Source: Glaucostegus cemiculus (taxonomy: Eukaryota). Taken from it: 64,000 bases of DNA. The stretch covers positions 1,612,001-1,676,000 of the forward strand of contig CDPCPM010000280.1 in assembly GCA_976551045.1 (NCBI GenBank), in the 5' to 3' direction. Position numbers and translations under genes: made by a program. Below, piece by piece: positions 12,327 through 25,544 of this stretch; position 1 is the stretch's first letter; the number at the start of each line of letters is the position of its first letter. The notes under the pieces are model-generated. The model had not been told where the DNA came from and searched no databases. It saw only the letters and a program-made list of their open reading frames with translations.

Positions 12327-15300
12327 GTAAGGCAGCTATTATCAAATTTACCTTTTAAATGAAAAATAAATTACAGAACTTGCAGACTGAGGAAAGTGCC
12401 ATAACATTTTCTATTGCAGCTCTAGAAGCTTGGTGAAGGAAGCCAAGGCTTTGGAAGGTTTTGGATTTGATTCCTGGACAAGCCTGGTTAGTTAATCCCA
12501 ATAGGATGACAAATGTGCTGATGCATTTGGGCGCAGTATTGCTGATCATTTGGACTCTGTCAGAAAAAGTGCAGATGCTACATGCTCAAAGAGGTCAAGC
12601 TGTGATGCCCCTTGTCCCTCCTGCCCTCATCTCCCAGTTCAATAGACTACAGACACTCACTACCTGAAGAATGGCTAATTGAGTGAGGTATCAGGGGGCT
12701 TGATAAATCCACAGAGTCAAATCCCAGCAGGTTGAGCATCCTGGGTAAAGAGGCTGAGGAAAAGCCAGGAGTGACTGAGAAGGTGGTTTAAGAGGAACTA
12801 AATTAGTTAGTGGGTTAATACCTGAAGATCTATGGTTTAAATCCTGGTCAAGGCAATAAAAGCCACTTTCCTGGATGTAAGTATCCTGTGTTCAACTTGT
12901 TTGGTTGGTATAAACCCAATCAGCTCTGGATAAATTGCGAGACAGGAGCAGGGAAATGTCTGGTTTGGAAAGGATAGCATTTATGAGCACAATTAATAGT
13001 GGGCCTAAGAAACAGTGTTTATTATTAAACTGGAACCAAAGATATAACTATTTTATTTTCCTCTTAGGCTGCATTCAATCTTTAATAGCATGTAATCAAT
13101 CTTTAATAGAATGCAGCAACATACTTAAACCATGTAGGAACATTCTTTGGGAAAAGACAAGTCAAGCTAAGAGCTGTGAATAAAACAGCCGCCGTGTCCC
13201 ATTATTGGGCTCTGCGTAGCTGGATGTCATGCACAGCAGCCTGCAGCAGATGACCCAATTTCACATCTTTTAAATGCACAAGGAGTACCTGAATGAGCAA
13301 GTCTCCAATTTAATTTATTTCACAGACAGCAAATGTTTGCTAATGGCTAGGACCTGTCAGTAGCAACATTGGTTTCCCACTAGCAAAACTGATCCAAACC
13401 AAACCCAAACTGACAGGCTGGCTGGCTGGCAACAAAAAGACCAATTTTTGGGAGGAACAAACTGTCAGGCTATGTAACATTTCCTGCAAATGCTTGCTTT
13501 CATGAGCTCTGGAAGGACTTGATGCTGATCTGACTTCATGTTACTGCAGCAGTATCTAATTTATAATATGCAGAGTGGTGTTCAATTTGGGCACATCAGT
13601 GAACACCACAGATCGGGCAAATGTGGGCAGATAACGTCCATGTTACGTAGTGGTAAGTTAGATAGACAATGCCCTGATGCACAATTGGTGCAGAACCAGA
13701 AGGCATGGCTCCTTCTCTATCTCACATGGAACTGAACCGTACAGGCCTGAGACTTGAACTGGATTGTAAGCTAAAGGAAAGAGTGCTTAGGTGTGTCCGT
13801 GCATATGTGTCAAATGAGGCAAGAGCTCAGTAATGGTGCCTGTCGTTCCAGCTGGCAATCTATGTTGCCATAGAAGAGGGAGTAAATTGGGGTAGCAAAT
13901 AAAGAGCACTTTTGTAGCCAAATAGTAGGAGCAATGAAGATGATAAGGCACAATGATTTTATCAGTAAACAGATCCCCAAGGTCGAGAGGCTGGAGCTAA
14001 CATTTTTATACTAGAGCTGCCAACCTGTAAAGACAAGAAACAGATATACTGTCAAGGAGAAAAATAAGTATTCAAGGAAAGTTAGAGACTACCCAAGAAA
14101 AGGAAGCAGCAAAAGCAGAAATGTGAGACAGTAAAACTAATATAAATTTGGTGATGAAAAGAGAAGCAAAGTTCAGGGAAAAAAGTCAAAAACAATGCAT
14201 TGTAATAGATTAGGCAAAAACTCAAAATCTGGGAAGAATGTGTGAAGATAAGGAGTGAGGCTTAAGAAGTTTAAAAAAAATTGCAGTGAGAGCATATGTG
14301 GGATTGTCAGAGACAGGCTGATATAGACTGGTGCTTGTTCAGCTTTATTATAGAGATGAGACAATAAACCAGGCCTGCAGAGACAGTGCTTACTATAGAC
14401 TGGCACTTATCCAGCTTGTTAGGGAAAGAGCTTGCAAATGGAGCCTGCAGAGACAGATCTCCCCATGGGCTGATGGTAGTCTGCTTTGTTTATAGATGGA
14501 GTAAAAGAAAGTAGAGCCCCCTCAAAATAAGTTAACTGTAGTGTTGTTCTCATCCAATTGTAATAAAGGGAAATAATGCTCCCAATAAATGTAATGGTTT
14601 TGCTCTCTGTTGATTCAAACCAGAACAAAGAGTTTGTAATAAAGGTGTGCTAGGGAGTGGCATCTCCAAAGATATTTTCTGCATGCTGAACTGACTTGAA
14701 CAATGTGGATTGAAATGATGAGAGTCTCTCCCTGAGGCATGAAGAGACAGAGTAAGCAAATTTATATGCTGTTTGATTGACTACAGCTTGCAATCCTGAA
14801 CTATTTCTTTAAAATAAGAGGAGCTGATCTTCATTATTTGGCATTGATTCTGTTGTGAAGTTGCTCTCTAAATGTAATTTACTTTCAATTTTCCTCTCCT
14901 ATCACCAGAGTCCTCCTTGGATTCAGAGATCCCGCCTGCAATTAATAATTATGCAAATGAGTATACATTAGAGAATTGAGTGTTATTAGCCTTTGACCTA
15001 GCAGGTGGGATTTGCATCATCTCTAATTCATTTAGAATGACTTAGCCTGAAGATAAAAATTGGCCTCAGCAGTCAGGGTAGGAGAAGCATAAGTAGGCCT
15101 CAGTGACCCAGGGATAATATAGCAGGGAGAGGATCGGTAAGGTTTGGGATGGATAATGTGTCGGTGTGCAATAATCAGCTGGCGCTCTCTTTCCTGATCT
15201 TGGAAATGATGCCATGAGGCTATTTAGACCAGGTCTGGGCTAATCCTGTTCAAATGTTCTGTGGTGACGTGTAGAACTGACATATAAAGGTAAGTTGGCA

Positions 15301-17050
15301 GGTGTTGCCACAATGAATAGTCAAGGGCTGACACTTTTAGAAGTAGGAGGGGAGAAAATGAAGTGCAAAGAATCAAATTTAACAAATCCTTCTTTGATTT
15401 ATTTGATGCCTAAGTTAACATGGCTCACTTCCAGGTGCTGGGCAACGTTCCAGCTTCAATAATATGCATTAACAGCTTTGAATCAGGTTGGGTAGCTTGG
15501 GTGAAACATTTTTGTAGCATTCAGCTGGGTAACCAGGAAAGTTACTCAAAGGTGCAGTAAAATCTCCCTCCAGTGATCTCCTCTTGCCAAAATATTTGGA
15601 AGTGGCTCGAGCTATATTCCCCTCCCAGCTATCTTTGGGAAGAAGAGAGATGGCCAGGTTTTCTTGTATTTCCTTTTGGCAGGCACAAGTCTCTGATGTT
15701 ATAGCATTCACTGTGGAAGTTATAAAATGCCTAGTTAATCAGCTCATGATCAGGTGACCAACCCATCTGTTGCCCATATAATAGCAGCAATAACTCGAGA
15801 CTATTGTTGTGACAACAGATACCTGGAAACACTTTACTGATGGCTTCAAACTGAAAAATCCCCAAGAATCTTGCAAGTTCGCAGATGTTATATTCCAGCT
15901 GTGCATAATAATTTATTGCTTTCTTGTTGCTATGCCAACGAAAATATCTATAAGAAAAATACTAGATTTCTTCTTTATTTTCTGGCTAATAAAAGTCTCA
16001 CAGACACATTTTCAGTTTTCATTCTGGTGGGGCTATTCAACCTCACTCATCCCCTGCATCCTCAAAAGTTGGCTGGATGCATTGTGGTAACTGAGCCCTC
16101 CAGACGTGAGCCAGTGTGCATTTGGGTCTCTGTACTGAGTTGGTTGTTCTTAGGTGAGGGCAGTGGCAGGATTGTTACATTGGGCTCTGTGGCTCCGGTC
16201 TTGGGAAGGTAAATATCAGTCAGAGTTCCTACTCGTGGCCTCTGCTAGGAAGCTGATGTGTGTTTGCTGGCTGGACTGTGAAACAGGCTCAGCCATAACC
16301 CTCCTCATCTGCCCAACATCCCCACCTATCTCCAGCAACTGGCTGGCCTGTTAAAACACGACAAACTTCACGATTATTTGTGAAGTATTCACTGACAAGA
16401 ATTCACAATTACAATTTTTGTATGGGCATAGGTAACTTCCTGTAATAATATATACTATAGGCTAAATCAGAGGCTGAGTGTTCCAGTGACTGTTGGAACG
16501 GGTTAGTCAGTACATATGGGTGGTGGGGTGGGGAGGCTATACTAAAAAGAGGAGATGAGTGAAATACCATTTTTGTTGCAATATATTAAAAAACGTGGCT
16601 CTTTGTATGTGATCTGTTTTTGAATACAAAGACTGCCTCTTGGAAGGAGATATTAAATGGCCTTGTAAAGCTCTCTGAGCTTGTAATGTGATTCAGATGT
16701 TTGGATGACCTCATAAACCAGGAGCGTCCAAACTTTTTGTCTTTAGTGCATGGAGCCTTGGGGCCCATGGATCAGGTTTAAATCAATGTCCCTATTACTT
16801 CCCAGATATTGCTTATGCTACAGAACCTGCTTTTCTCATCTAGGTTTTATCCAGCAGTGAGACAACAAACCTCTGTTTTAACAAAATTCAATCAGGTCAA
16901 TAAGACCAATTAAAGCAGGTTGCCAGAGTACCCCACTTCTTCATAAGTTGGGAGGTAAGCTCTGCCTGATCTGTTGTTTGCTCTTACAATGAAGGGGCTG
17001 GAAAGGGAAGATGGTACTTTTAATGTTGATGAGAATTTGTCTCCTTTTAG

Positions 17051-17174
17051 CTGAAAATGGACGACTGCTGCAAATTTGGGCAGGAGTGAAGCACATTCAA
17101 CTCTCCTCAAATCTTAGCACCACTTCACTACAGCTCCCAGAGGATCTGGAAGAACCACTCGTTGAAACACCGTA
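17051..17174 (+). CDS. MORN1: MORN1 internal exon, 124 nt, phase 1->2
   Basis: Acceptor ctccttttag|, donor |gtaagt. Translates (A)ENGRLLQIWAGVKHIQLSSNLSTTSLQLPEDLEEPLVETP(Y), similar to recalled MORN1 ESGRVLQISAGVRYVQL...IQTPFG. Phases match both neighbouring exons. Confidence 0.93.
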
Positions 17175-17325
17175 GTAAGTGTTCTTGGGGTAATGACATA
17201 ATTCAAAAGTGCCTCATTCTAACTCTGTTACAGTGGATTTTCCCTGATTTTTCCTCCTATCATGAAAGTACCTATTCTTCAATGGTTACAGTCCAGGTTG
17301 CAGCTCTTCAAATGCAAATCTAGAA

Positions 17326-17400
17326 AAGCTGAGGAGAGACCTGATAGAAGTTCATCAAGTTATGAGAGGCATAGGTCAGGTAGACAGTCACAGTCTTTCT
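17326..17400 (+). mobile_element. CR1 LINE ORF2 C-terminal fragment
   Basis: gacctgatagaagttcatcaagttatgagaggcatag gives DLIEVHQVMRGI, matching the CR1 motif DLIEVYKIMRG. Confidence 0.75.
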
Positions 17401-17952
17401 TATTGTATTGATTGACTGCTAATCCCAATAGTGATGAGGCCCTCGTGAATTTGAGTCCCTCATTTAAATTTGACAGTCAGATAGCAATAGAACATTGGCT
17501 GAGATTTATAGACTACAGGATTTCTTGAACACTGGAACTAATTGAATGGACCCACAATGCCGTTCTCTACCCCTACACCTTTTTTAAGTTCCTAAGACCA
17601 AAATTTACTAATCTTGAGCAACAGTGAGGAAGACACTCTGTGGGAATTTCCCCACTGGCTCATTTTAATGGGCTTTCTGATTAATGGCCAAAAGCCAAAT
17701 TAAATGTGAGCTTCACTTACCTTTGCTCTTGATGGTACTCTCAATATTGGCTGGATAACCTCAGTGGAAAATTATCTGTTGTATGACTGAATAGGTGGTT
17801 GGAGGCAGGCAACAGCTTGTTCTTATTTTCTACTCAGTCGCAACCAAACCCAGTACAAGAATTGCTGCCATATTAGTGTGGTGGAATTCATAGAGTTCAC
17901 CTTGGAACTGGTTGTGACTAAAACTTCAAATTCTTGTTTTTTGTTTATGCAG

Positions 17953-18128
17953 TGGTTATAGTGCCATCAGCTATCCACTGGTGGAATATGTGCCAGATTC
18001 TGACAATATTGCATCTGCTGAATCTGAAATTACTCCTGCCAGTTCATGGAATGTTAAAGACAGCGAAGCGAATGATTCAAAACTGGATTTCCTTGCAGCA
18101 ACTGAGAGCAGTCACAGCTCATTGGATG
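17953..18128 (+). CDS. MORN1: MORN1 internal exon, 176 nt, phase 2->1
   Basis: Acceptor ttgtttatgcag|, donor |gtaaga. Translates (Y)GYSAISYPLVEYVPDSDNIASAESEITPASSWNVKDSEANDSKLDFLAATESSHSSLD(G) with no stop, in frame with the previous exon. Confidence 0.88.
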
Positions 18129-18719
18129 GTAAGAGCTGAAATTACATTGCTCATTGCACAGTTGTATCTGATAAACATGAACTGCCACAGCAAATACCAG
18201 GACTCTGTTGGAGGCCCTTGTTGGGGTGTACCATATTCTACTCTGAGCTGTGCTAGGGTACTCCACTGGACTATGCCAAGACTTGTGGCAGGCACCCACG
18301 CACAGTGCTAGGAACATTGCTGAACCCGTACATAGTTGTGCTAAAGCCAATACTGACTACTGTTCTCACAGACCCAAGATGGCTCTGCCCAGGGACCCAT
18401 CCTGACTGAGCCTTGGCCCTCCGTTATCTTCACCAAATGACACATTGTTCAGGTATGATCCCAAAGAAAGTATGCAGTAATTCAACATTGCCTCTGAGCC
18501 GTGTGCCATCCTTGGTTAGGGCTCCAGTAAGTATAGCTGGATAGCAGACCGAGAGGGAGGATAACACACCGTGCAGACCAACCATTATACATCATGTACC
18601 ATCTTAGCTCAAATTCACCATCACCAGGAGTCAAATCTTGTATGTTTGTATTGTGTGCAGTTGTTGAGGGGCTGCATTTACTGTACTCACCAGTCAGTCA
18701 GAATGTGAATAAATATCAG

Positions 18720-18840
18720 AATCAGACGTGTTGTGAAATTTGTTGTTTTATAGCAGCAGTGCAGTGCAAACAAAGACTCACAGATTACCACAACTTACAA
18801 AAATAAATAAATATTGCAAAAGAGGAATAACGAGGGAACG
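18720..18840 (-). mobile_element. Rex1/Babar LINE 3' tail fragment
   Basis: gtgaaatttgttgttttatagcagcagtgcagtgcaaa matches the tail at 39143-39300. Confidence 0.7.
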
Positions 18841-19589
18841 AATGTTAATCAACTATCAAAACTGAAGTAAAAATATACCAAGGCAACTTTAGCAAGGGTT
18901 ACTGATAATGTGCTTGATATATTTTTCACTTCGGTCTTGACAGATGTTGATTAACATTCATCTCCCATTCAATGTAAACATAGATAAATGGCACTCTATC
19001 CTATTGCAGTTTTGGAAATCTTGCTGTGCACAAAATATCTGCTGCATTTGCCTAATAGCAAGTCATTGCTCCTAAACATTTTGTAAATCACTTCAGGATG
19101 TTCTGATGTGATACAACACTGAAGGTCCAGAAGTCATTTTCTATTAGGGAGGTAAGTAGTGCTCAAAGAATTTTCAAATGGTCCTTTTTAGATCTGTTCA
19201 AAGTCTCTGATTTAAGACGTTTGATTTGGATGCACCGGTCACTACTATAAGTTTTAACTTTAGTAGTGTGCATGTCTGAGGTACAGAGGATTCACTCATT
19301 TTCATATATCCCACTATGTCAGTATCCAGCAAAAAAGTTGTGGATTTTCCTATACCAGTGGCAGTGAGCTCTTCATCTGCCTGGCTCAATGTGTGTTGAT
19401 GCAATGAGTTTCTGGGCATTGCTGCCTTAAGTGAATAAAAACAACAACATCCATCACAGTTTTACCAGATAAGCCAAAGATTAAAAGGTGCATACTATTT
19501 ATTATTCTCTCCTGGCTGAGTGCAATTGAAAGATCTGTGATTTGTTTAAAATTTTCTTCACTTTGCTTAAATTCCTCCATAATCCTGTT

Positions 19590-19830
19590 GCTCCCATTGT
19601 CCATAACCACGTACTAGTGCTCTGATTTCCCTGCAGGCCTTCAATTCTGACCTTATGCACAACTCTGATTTTCATTGTTCCAATGTGATGCCTTAATTTC
19701 TTGACCCTAAACTCTAGAATTCCTTCTGTGAATCTCTCTGTCCTGCTGCTTTTCACCGCATCTTTATGATGCCACTTAAAACCTATCCCTTTGACCAAAT
19801 ATTAGGTCTACTGCCCTAATATCTCACCTT
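19590..19830 (+). mobile_element. L2-like LINE 3' fragment
   Basis: ccctaaactctagaattcc...cttaaaacctatccctttgaccaa, with related copies at 22390, 37555 and 57870. Confidence 0.55.
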
Positions 19831-22389
19831 GTTACCCAGAGTCAAAAGATAATGGTCCTCTGAGGTAGTTGGGGCTTGTTCTGCATTAGAACTTTTTTTC
19901 TAATGCAAGCCATTTCTAACCCAAGGGGCTGGGTCTTGAAACTGTAGCACCCATTTCTCTGCTTTGCAGTTTGGTTGCAAGGACACAATACTTTGCTCAT
20001 GCATTGAATGATTAAAAATTCTTTGGATAATGCTTTCCCATCATTAGCATCTGATTTAAACATGCCAAACTAAACATGGACAGATATATTCTGTGTCTGC
20101 CATCGCTTCTGGTTGGTAATCCTGTGAGGAGGGAGTACATGCCATGCATCCAGCACAGTGGATGCACCATCCCATCCACACCCAACTACCTACTGCTATC
20201 TGAAATTGGACGGTAGCAAAATGGAATTCTAGCCTTTGGCATCCTATGGAGGTCCACAGTGCCCTGCGCATCTATGACTTCAACCACTTACCCTCCCCAT
20301 CGCATGTTTATTTTAAATTGCTATCCAGTGGTCTCAGGAGACATACTGAGCTTACTCCCAGATGATTGTTAATTACTTAGCTCTCAAAAATCCTTTGAGC
20401 AACCTGATCTTGCACCTCAATAAGAAAAACGTTTAAGTGTTGTAACAAGGTAGTTTATTGCTGATTGTGGCTATAATGCTGGCTTTAATGCTACTGACAT
20501 ACACACTTGCACCTGAAGTGAACCCATGAACCTGGTTTTCTCCGTTGATAGAACAACAGCATTTAGTCTACACATCTATATAACCATTTGAACTAAATGC
20601 AGCTTCAAAAAATTTGCCCTGCTGGTTTCAATTTCATGACTGGAGTGAAAGTGACTGTTGGAGGGGCAGCCTCCAACTTTCTGACCAGATGGTGCAAATA
20701 CAGTTGGGAGAACAATTCAGCCATAACCTGGTTCAGTGAGTGAATAGGCTTCAGTAGCTGACAGGAACTTAGGAACAGAACCAATCTTTCATGATCCACT
20801 TGTATCTATCTCATGAAGAATTGTGAACTATGAAGCCCAGTGGTTTGAACAGGTAGAATGCTATGCAGGGCTATGTGTGGCTGGAATGTGTGTTGAAATT
20901 GTATATGTTTGCATCATCTAGGATTACTTGGGGTCTCTGTGTCTGGCCTGCTCCTGGAGATTTGGTGGGTGGGAGGCTGAGATAATTTTTATTTGACTTG
21001 CCTCTGAAGTTCACTTTGTTTCAATATCATGGCACAATGACTTACCCCGTGACCCAGAGCCACATATAAAATAGAAAGAATTTGCAAATGCATAAGACCT
21101 TTCATGTCATCAGGATGAAAGTGCCTTTGAACTGTGGTTAGTCACTGTTGTATTATAGGAACATTTCTTATGGTTTGAAATATTTTGCTGAAGATTTTCA
21201 CACAATGTTCCCCAAAGTAGGATTATTTAATTCCACAGAGCTTTTATGAACTGACTAATTAACAGTTACCATTTGAGCTGCCATAATGGTGCTATAATAG
21301 CTTACCTGATTCTGCCCTACCTTTGCTCCCTCTGGGCTACTCCACAACAGCCCCAGTCCTCTGTTGTGAAAACCTAGAGGATTTTTAATAGGAAACTGGA
21401 TGTGAAACGTGGCACTAAACATGTCCCAGCATATGCCAGAGTGTGGGGATGTTTAGCATCACAGCGGTGAGTGAGAAAAATAATTGGTAATTAGCCCTGT
21501 TGAAGGCTGGAGTCATTTTTTTTTTCACCACACCAGCCTTTATAACAAACAAAGCCAGAGTGTAATTAAATAAAAAAAATTGTGAACACATCTTGTTCCA
21601 TTTTCCCTCGGCGAGAAACGTACAATCAGCAACTGCACATGCACAGCCACACTTTATTTTTCCACACTTGTTTGTGCTGTGCCAGCTTTATGGGACCTTT
21701 GCCATGCACACAGGTGAAGCAGCAGCTTGTTACCATCTCAGCAACAAACAAGCACTACAACTTGAAGTGTGACCGGTAACTCTGAGTTCCATTCGTACCT
21801 TCTCCAGCCCAATTCCAAAAAGTGTTCTGAGGGTTGTAATAAGATCTGAGGAAGGTAGAGGGCAGTACACACACAGAGCAGGCTGTGCCACTCTACAACA
21901 GTGAAAGTGATGAAGCCTATTTTTATCCAAGGTGATTCAGAGACAGCGCAAGGTGGTGTGGGGCTGGGTGGGTGGTATGAGATGTGACAGTGTTCCAGCA
22001 CCAGTTTTGTGCTCTTTGCCTGAGAACGTATAATTTTCATCATCAATATGTACAGTTCTTGACCTTTGTCAGGAATCACAAACGGGTTTAATAAAAGGCA
22101 ATGGAAGGAGCAGTGTTTACCTTCTGACTCTGATGTTGACTTGCGCGACCTCCTGGCACTTGACGTACCTTCGTGACACCCATTGTCACGAGTAGTCAGG
22201 ATGACAGCAAGGAGATAGAGCCAAACAGAGAACATCACTGTGAGGATTGCGCAGTGTGTGTTTCTGGCCCTTGAGTACCCTCCACTCATACAAGTCATTT
22301 CGTGCCTTTCTGTCTCTGTAGCCTGTTCCAGCTTGACAACAACTTGGGATCTCTGTACTTCAATTTTCTTCATCTGTTTTTTATCACTC

Positions 22390-22680
22390 ACCAGTGGTAT
22401 TTACGCCTTCAGCTGCCTGAGCCTACACTTTAAGGATTTCTTGAGATATTCTGAGATTGCCCAAAGCACTACAAATAATAACCTTCCTAAGATAAGTCAG
22501 GAATTTGTTGACCTCTCCTCCTTTAAGACACTTCTTAAAACCTAGCACATTGACCAAATGTTGTGTCACTTATTGTTATATCTTCTGATGGATGTGGTAT
22601 TAAATTTTATCTGATAATGATCCTGTGAATGCCTTAGGATGTTTTGTTGCTAAAGGTGCCGTATAATACTATTTTATTTA
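22390..22680 (+). mobile_element. L2-like LINE 3' end
   Basis: gccttcagctgcctgagccta...cctttaagacacttcttaaaacc...tgaccaa...ctgtgaatgccttaggatgttt...taaaggtgccgtataa. Confidence 0.6.
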
Positions 22681-23002
22681 TATGATTTTAAAAAAAATCT
22701 CCCCGCCCCCATCGTTGTGCAAATTTGATGACTACAGACACTGGCAATCCACTTATGATCACAGATTAATGTTGGCAGAATATTTGACAGTAGAAGGCAC
22801 TACAGTCATGCATAGCTGTATCTCCCCACACCTTCCTTACTCAGCTCTGTCTGTGCAGATTTTAGCAGTGGTAACTATACTGTGGGAGACTGTGTGGGGG
22901 AGGGAATGCTTCACTTCCAAATGTTGACACACTCCTCTTTCCTCCCCCTTCCTATCCCACTCTGTGTTTTGACATCCTATAAGTACTGACTGTTACACAA
23001 AA

Positions 23003-23725
23003 AGTCATAGAGGCATACAGCAGGGAAATGGGCCCTGACCCAACCCGTCCATGCCGAACAAGGTGCCTCCCATAGCTGGTACCACTTGCCTGCATTTGGC
23101 CCATATCCCTCTAAATATTTCCTATTTATGTACAGTACCTGTCCAAATATCTTTTAAACATCATAATTGTTCCCGCCTCTATCACTTCCTCCGGCAGCTT
23201 CCTCCCTATACTCACCACCCTCTGTGTGGGGGACAAATCTTGCCCCTCAGATTCCCTCTAAATCTTTCCCCTCTCACTTTAAATCTACAGTATGCCTTCT
23301 ATTTTATACTCCTCTACCCTGGGGAAAAAGACTGTGATGATCCATCTTGTATATGACCATCATGACTTTATAAACCTCCATAAAGTCACTCCGGCCTATC
23401 CGGTCTCTCCTTGTAACTCGAGGCCTTCAGTCCCGGCAACATCCTTGTGAATCTTTTCTGCACCCTCTCTAGCTTAATCACATCCTCCCTATAGTAGAGT
23501 GACCAGAACTGCTCACAATACTCCAGATGCAGTCCTGCCAGGGTCTTGTGCAGCTATAACATGACATTCCAACTCAAACCCAATGAAGGCAAGTGTGCCA
23601 TATGCTGCCTTCACCACCTTGCCTACCTGTGTCACCACTTTCAAGGAACTATGAATTGTATCCCTAGGTTTTCCTGTTTTGCAACACTCGCCAGGGCCCT
23701 GACATTCACTGTGTATATCCTGCAG
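23003..23725 (-). mobile_element. CR1 (HER1-like) LINE 3' portion
   Basis: Minus-strand ORF HSSLKVVTQVGKVVKAAYGTLAFIG, plus the CR1 tail agtcatagaggcatacagc...gggccc. Confidence 0.9.
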
Positions 23726-24759
23726 AGCCCCTTCATTGCATTGGGAGTGCAACACAGCAATAAAACATTGTGCCAGTTAGATTCAACAGTGACCAAACTT
23801 TACAATAAAATGTTTAATTGTTTGTCTTTCATTACTTAGCATTATAAATGCAAGTGTATTGTTTCTTTCTAAGTCAGATACAGATGAGCTGTAGAATGAA
23901 GAACTGGTGCTTGCAGTGTGCATGGAATCTATCTACCAGCAAGGAATAATGTGGTGATATTATCAAACCCTTCAAATTCTCTCATGGACAACTATAGGAA
24001 GCCTCAGCTGAATAGCAATTAGGGGCTAGGATCCTAATCTTTTCTACTTCTTTTTCCTTGCAACGTGAAGTTAATTCTAGTGTCCTCACTGCTGACCCTG
24101 GTTTGATCAATTACCTCTGCACAGAGCAGGGATCAGATCTACTACAGATTAATGCTGCAATCTCATGTACACTGAGGACAAGATCAAGACAACTGGAAAT
24201 CAATCCACTATCAATACCTTGCTCCCCATGAACCCAAAATCTGAAATGGCATGACTGGTTGTTTATAAATAGCTTTAGCTCTGGCAACAATTGAATAAAG
24301 GAGGATCTGTTGGCCTGTCTCCCTCACCCATTCAAATACTATATTCTGAAGGGTAAGCTAACCTAGTATCTTTAAAGAAAATAAGCTACATTTAAACTTC
24401 TTCTTTTTATATCTAATTCTTCAGCCAGTTCACTAACTTTGCAGTTTGCTCGGAGGGATGGTCAACATTCATCTTAAGTCAGCAGTCGTGCTTTGAGCAC
24501 AGATGGACTAAGATTGCAACAAACAGACAATAGGGTGTTCAGAATGGTCATTCCAGGACCTTAGGTTGCAGTCTTTGCTTTGGCTGCAGCAACCTTGAGT
24601 TCATTCCTCAGCACATGCCCCTGCAGCTTGGAATGTGCCAGTTGTCAGCATTCAGTTACAGACACCTTGTTGCACAATGTGTCGGATACACTCCGTCCTG
24701 GATCTCCAGATGAAACTGAAGATGTCTCGAGTGCCTGCTATGATGCAGGAATGGAGTAT

Positions 24760-25154
24760 GGGTCACATTCTGTGCCACGTACAACAATATTAAGAGCAAC
24801 CCACACCTGATGACCAGGTTTTTTCCTACCATTGAGAGGAATGCTCCCCTCAAAGAAACGCTTCAGGACATTCCACACATCCATGGCCAGATTGAGGAAT
24901 AGCTTCTTCCCCAACGCTGTGAAAATCTTAAACAAGGACTTTAAATTTCGCAGATTGTACTGGTTCTTTCTCGCTTATCTCTCTCCCTCTAATACATCAA
25001 GTAAACCCTACAGTGTAAACTCTAACTTAATTTATTCTCTATTTATTTAATATTTAAGTACTGTGCCTATTGTCTGACATGGGAGTGCCAATGAAATCTC
25101 ATTGTTCTGTTGTCTCAATGGCTCAATGACAATAAAGCAATCTTGAATCTTGAA
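24760..25154 (+). mobile_element. Rex1/Babar LINE 3' end
   Basis: PSKKRFRTFHTSMARLRNSFFPNAVKILN, ending aataaagcaatcttgaatcttgaa. Confidence 0.8.
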
Positions 25155-25544
25155 GTACCACTCCACAATCCCAGATTTTGTTTAACCTTGACTATCCACT
25201 CCAGCCAATTCTGGCTGTACACTCTGGCTCTTCCAAACCAGATCCCCAGTATCTTCAGACTTCATGGGGATGGGAATGGAAGATCAGTTGGGCCAATTGC
25301 TAAAGAGCATGGCCTCACTCTTGCTGAGGTTGACTCTGGCTGGTCACGGGTGCTAATCAACCTGCGGACTGACCATGGGTCTGAGCAGAAGATGATGCCG
25401 TCATCCCTGCAGAGGAAGGCTTTGATCTGAGTTTCCCAACCCCCAGCCCCGCTCCACCTCCCCCCACCACTGCCAGGCATCGTCACCCCTCTTATGCCTG
25501 CATGTTTCCTTGATGGGTTCAGCAAAGGATTCAATACAATATTC

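Noticed and set aside
12800-12950. Possible LF-SINE-like head
   Set aside because: Similarity is too weak to support by eye.
13960-14050. Strong minus-strand acceptor (tgtttcttgtctttacag) as a possible partner for the 22121 donor
   Set aside because: In the required phase it hits a stop within four codons, and there is no supporting donor.
16154-16208. Exon-like segment (ttcttag|...gaag|gtaaat) reading GEGSGRIVTL, superficially like MORN1 ESGRVLQ
   Set aside because: The true homologous exon is 17051-17174, and this 55-nt segment would frameshift if added.
17934-18311. 125-aa ORF overlapping a MORN1 exon
   Set aside because: Wrong frame. The splice-consistent frame is GYSAISYPLV.
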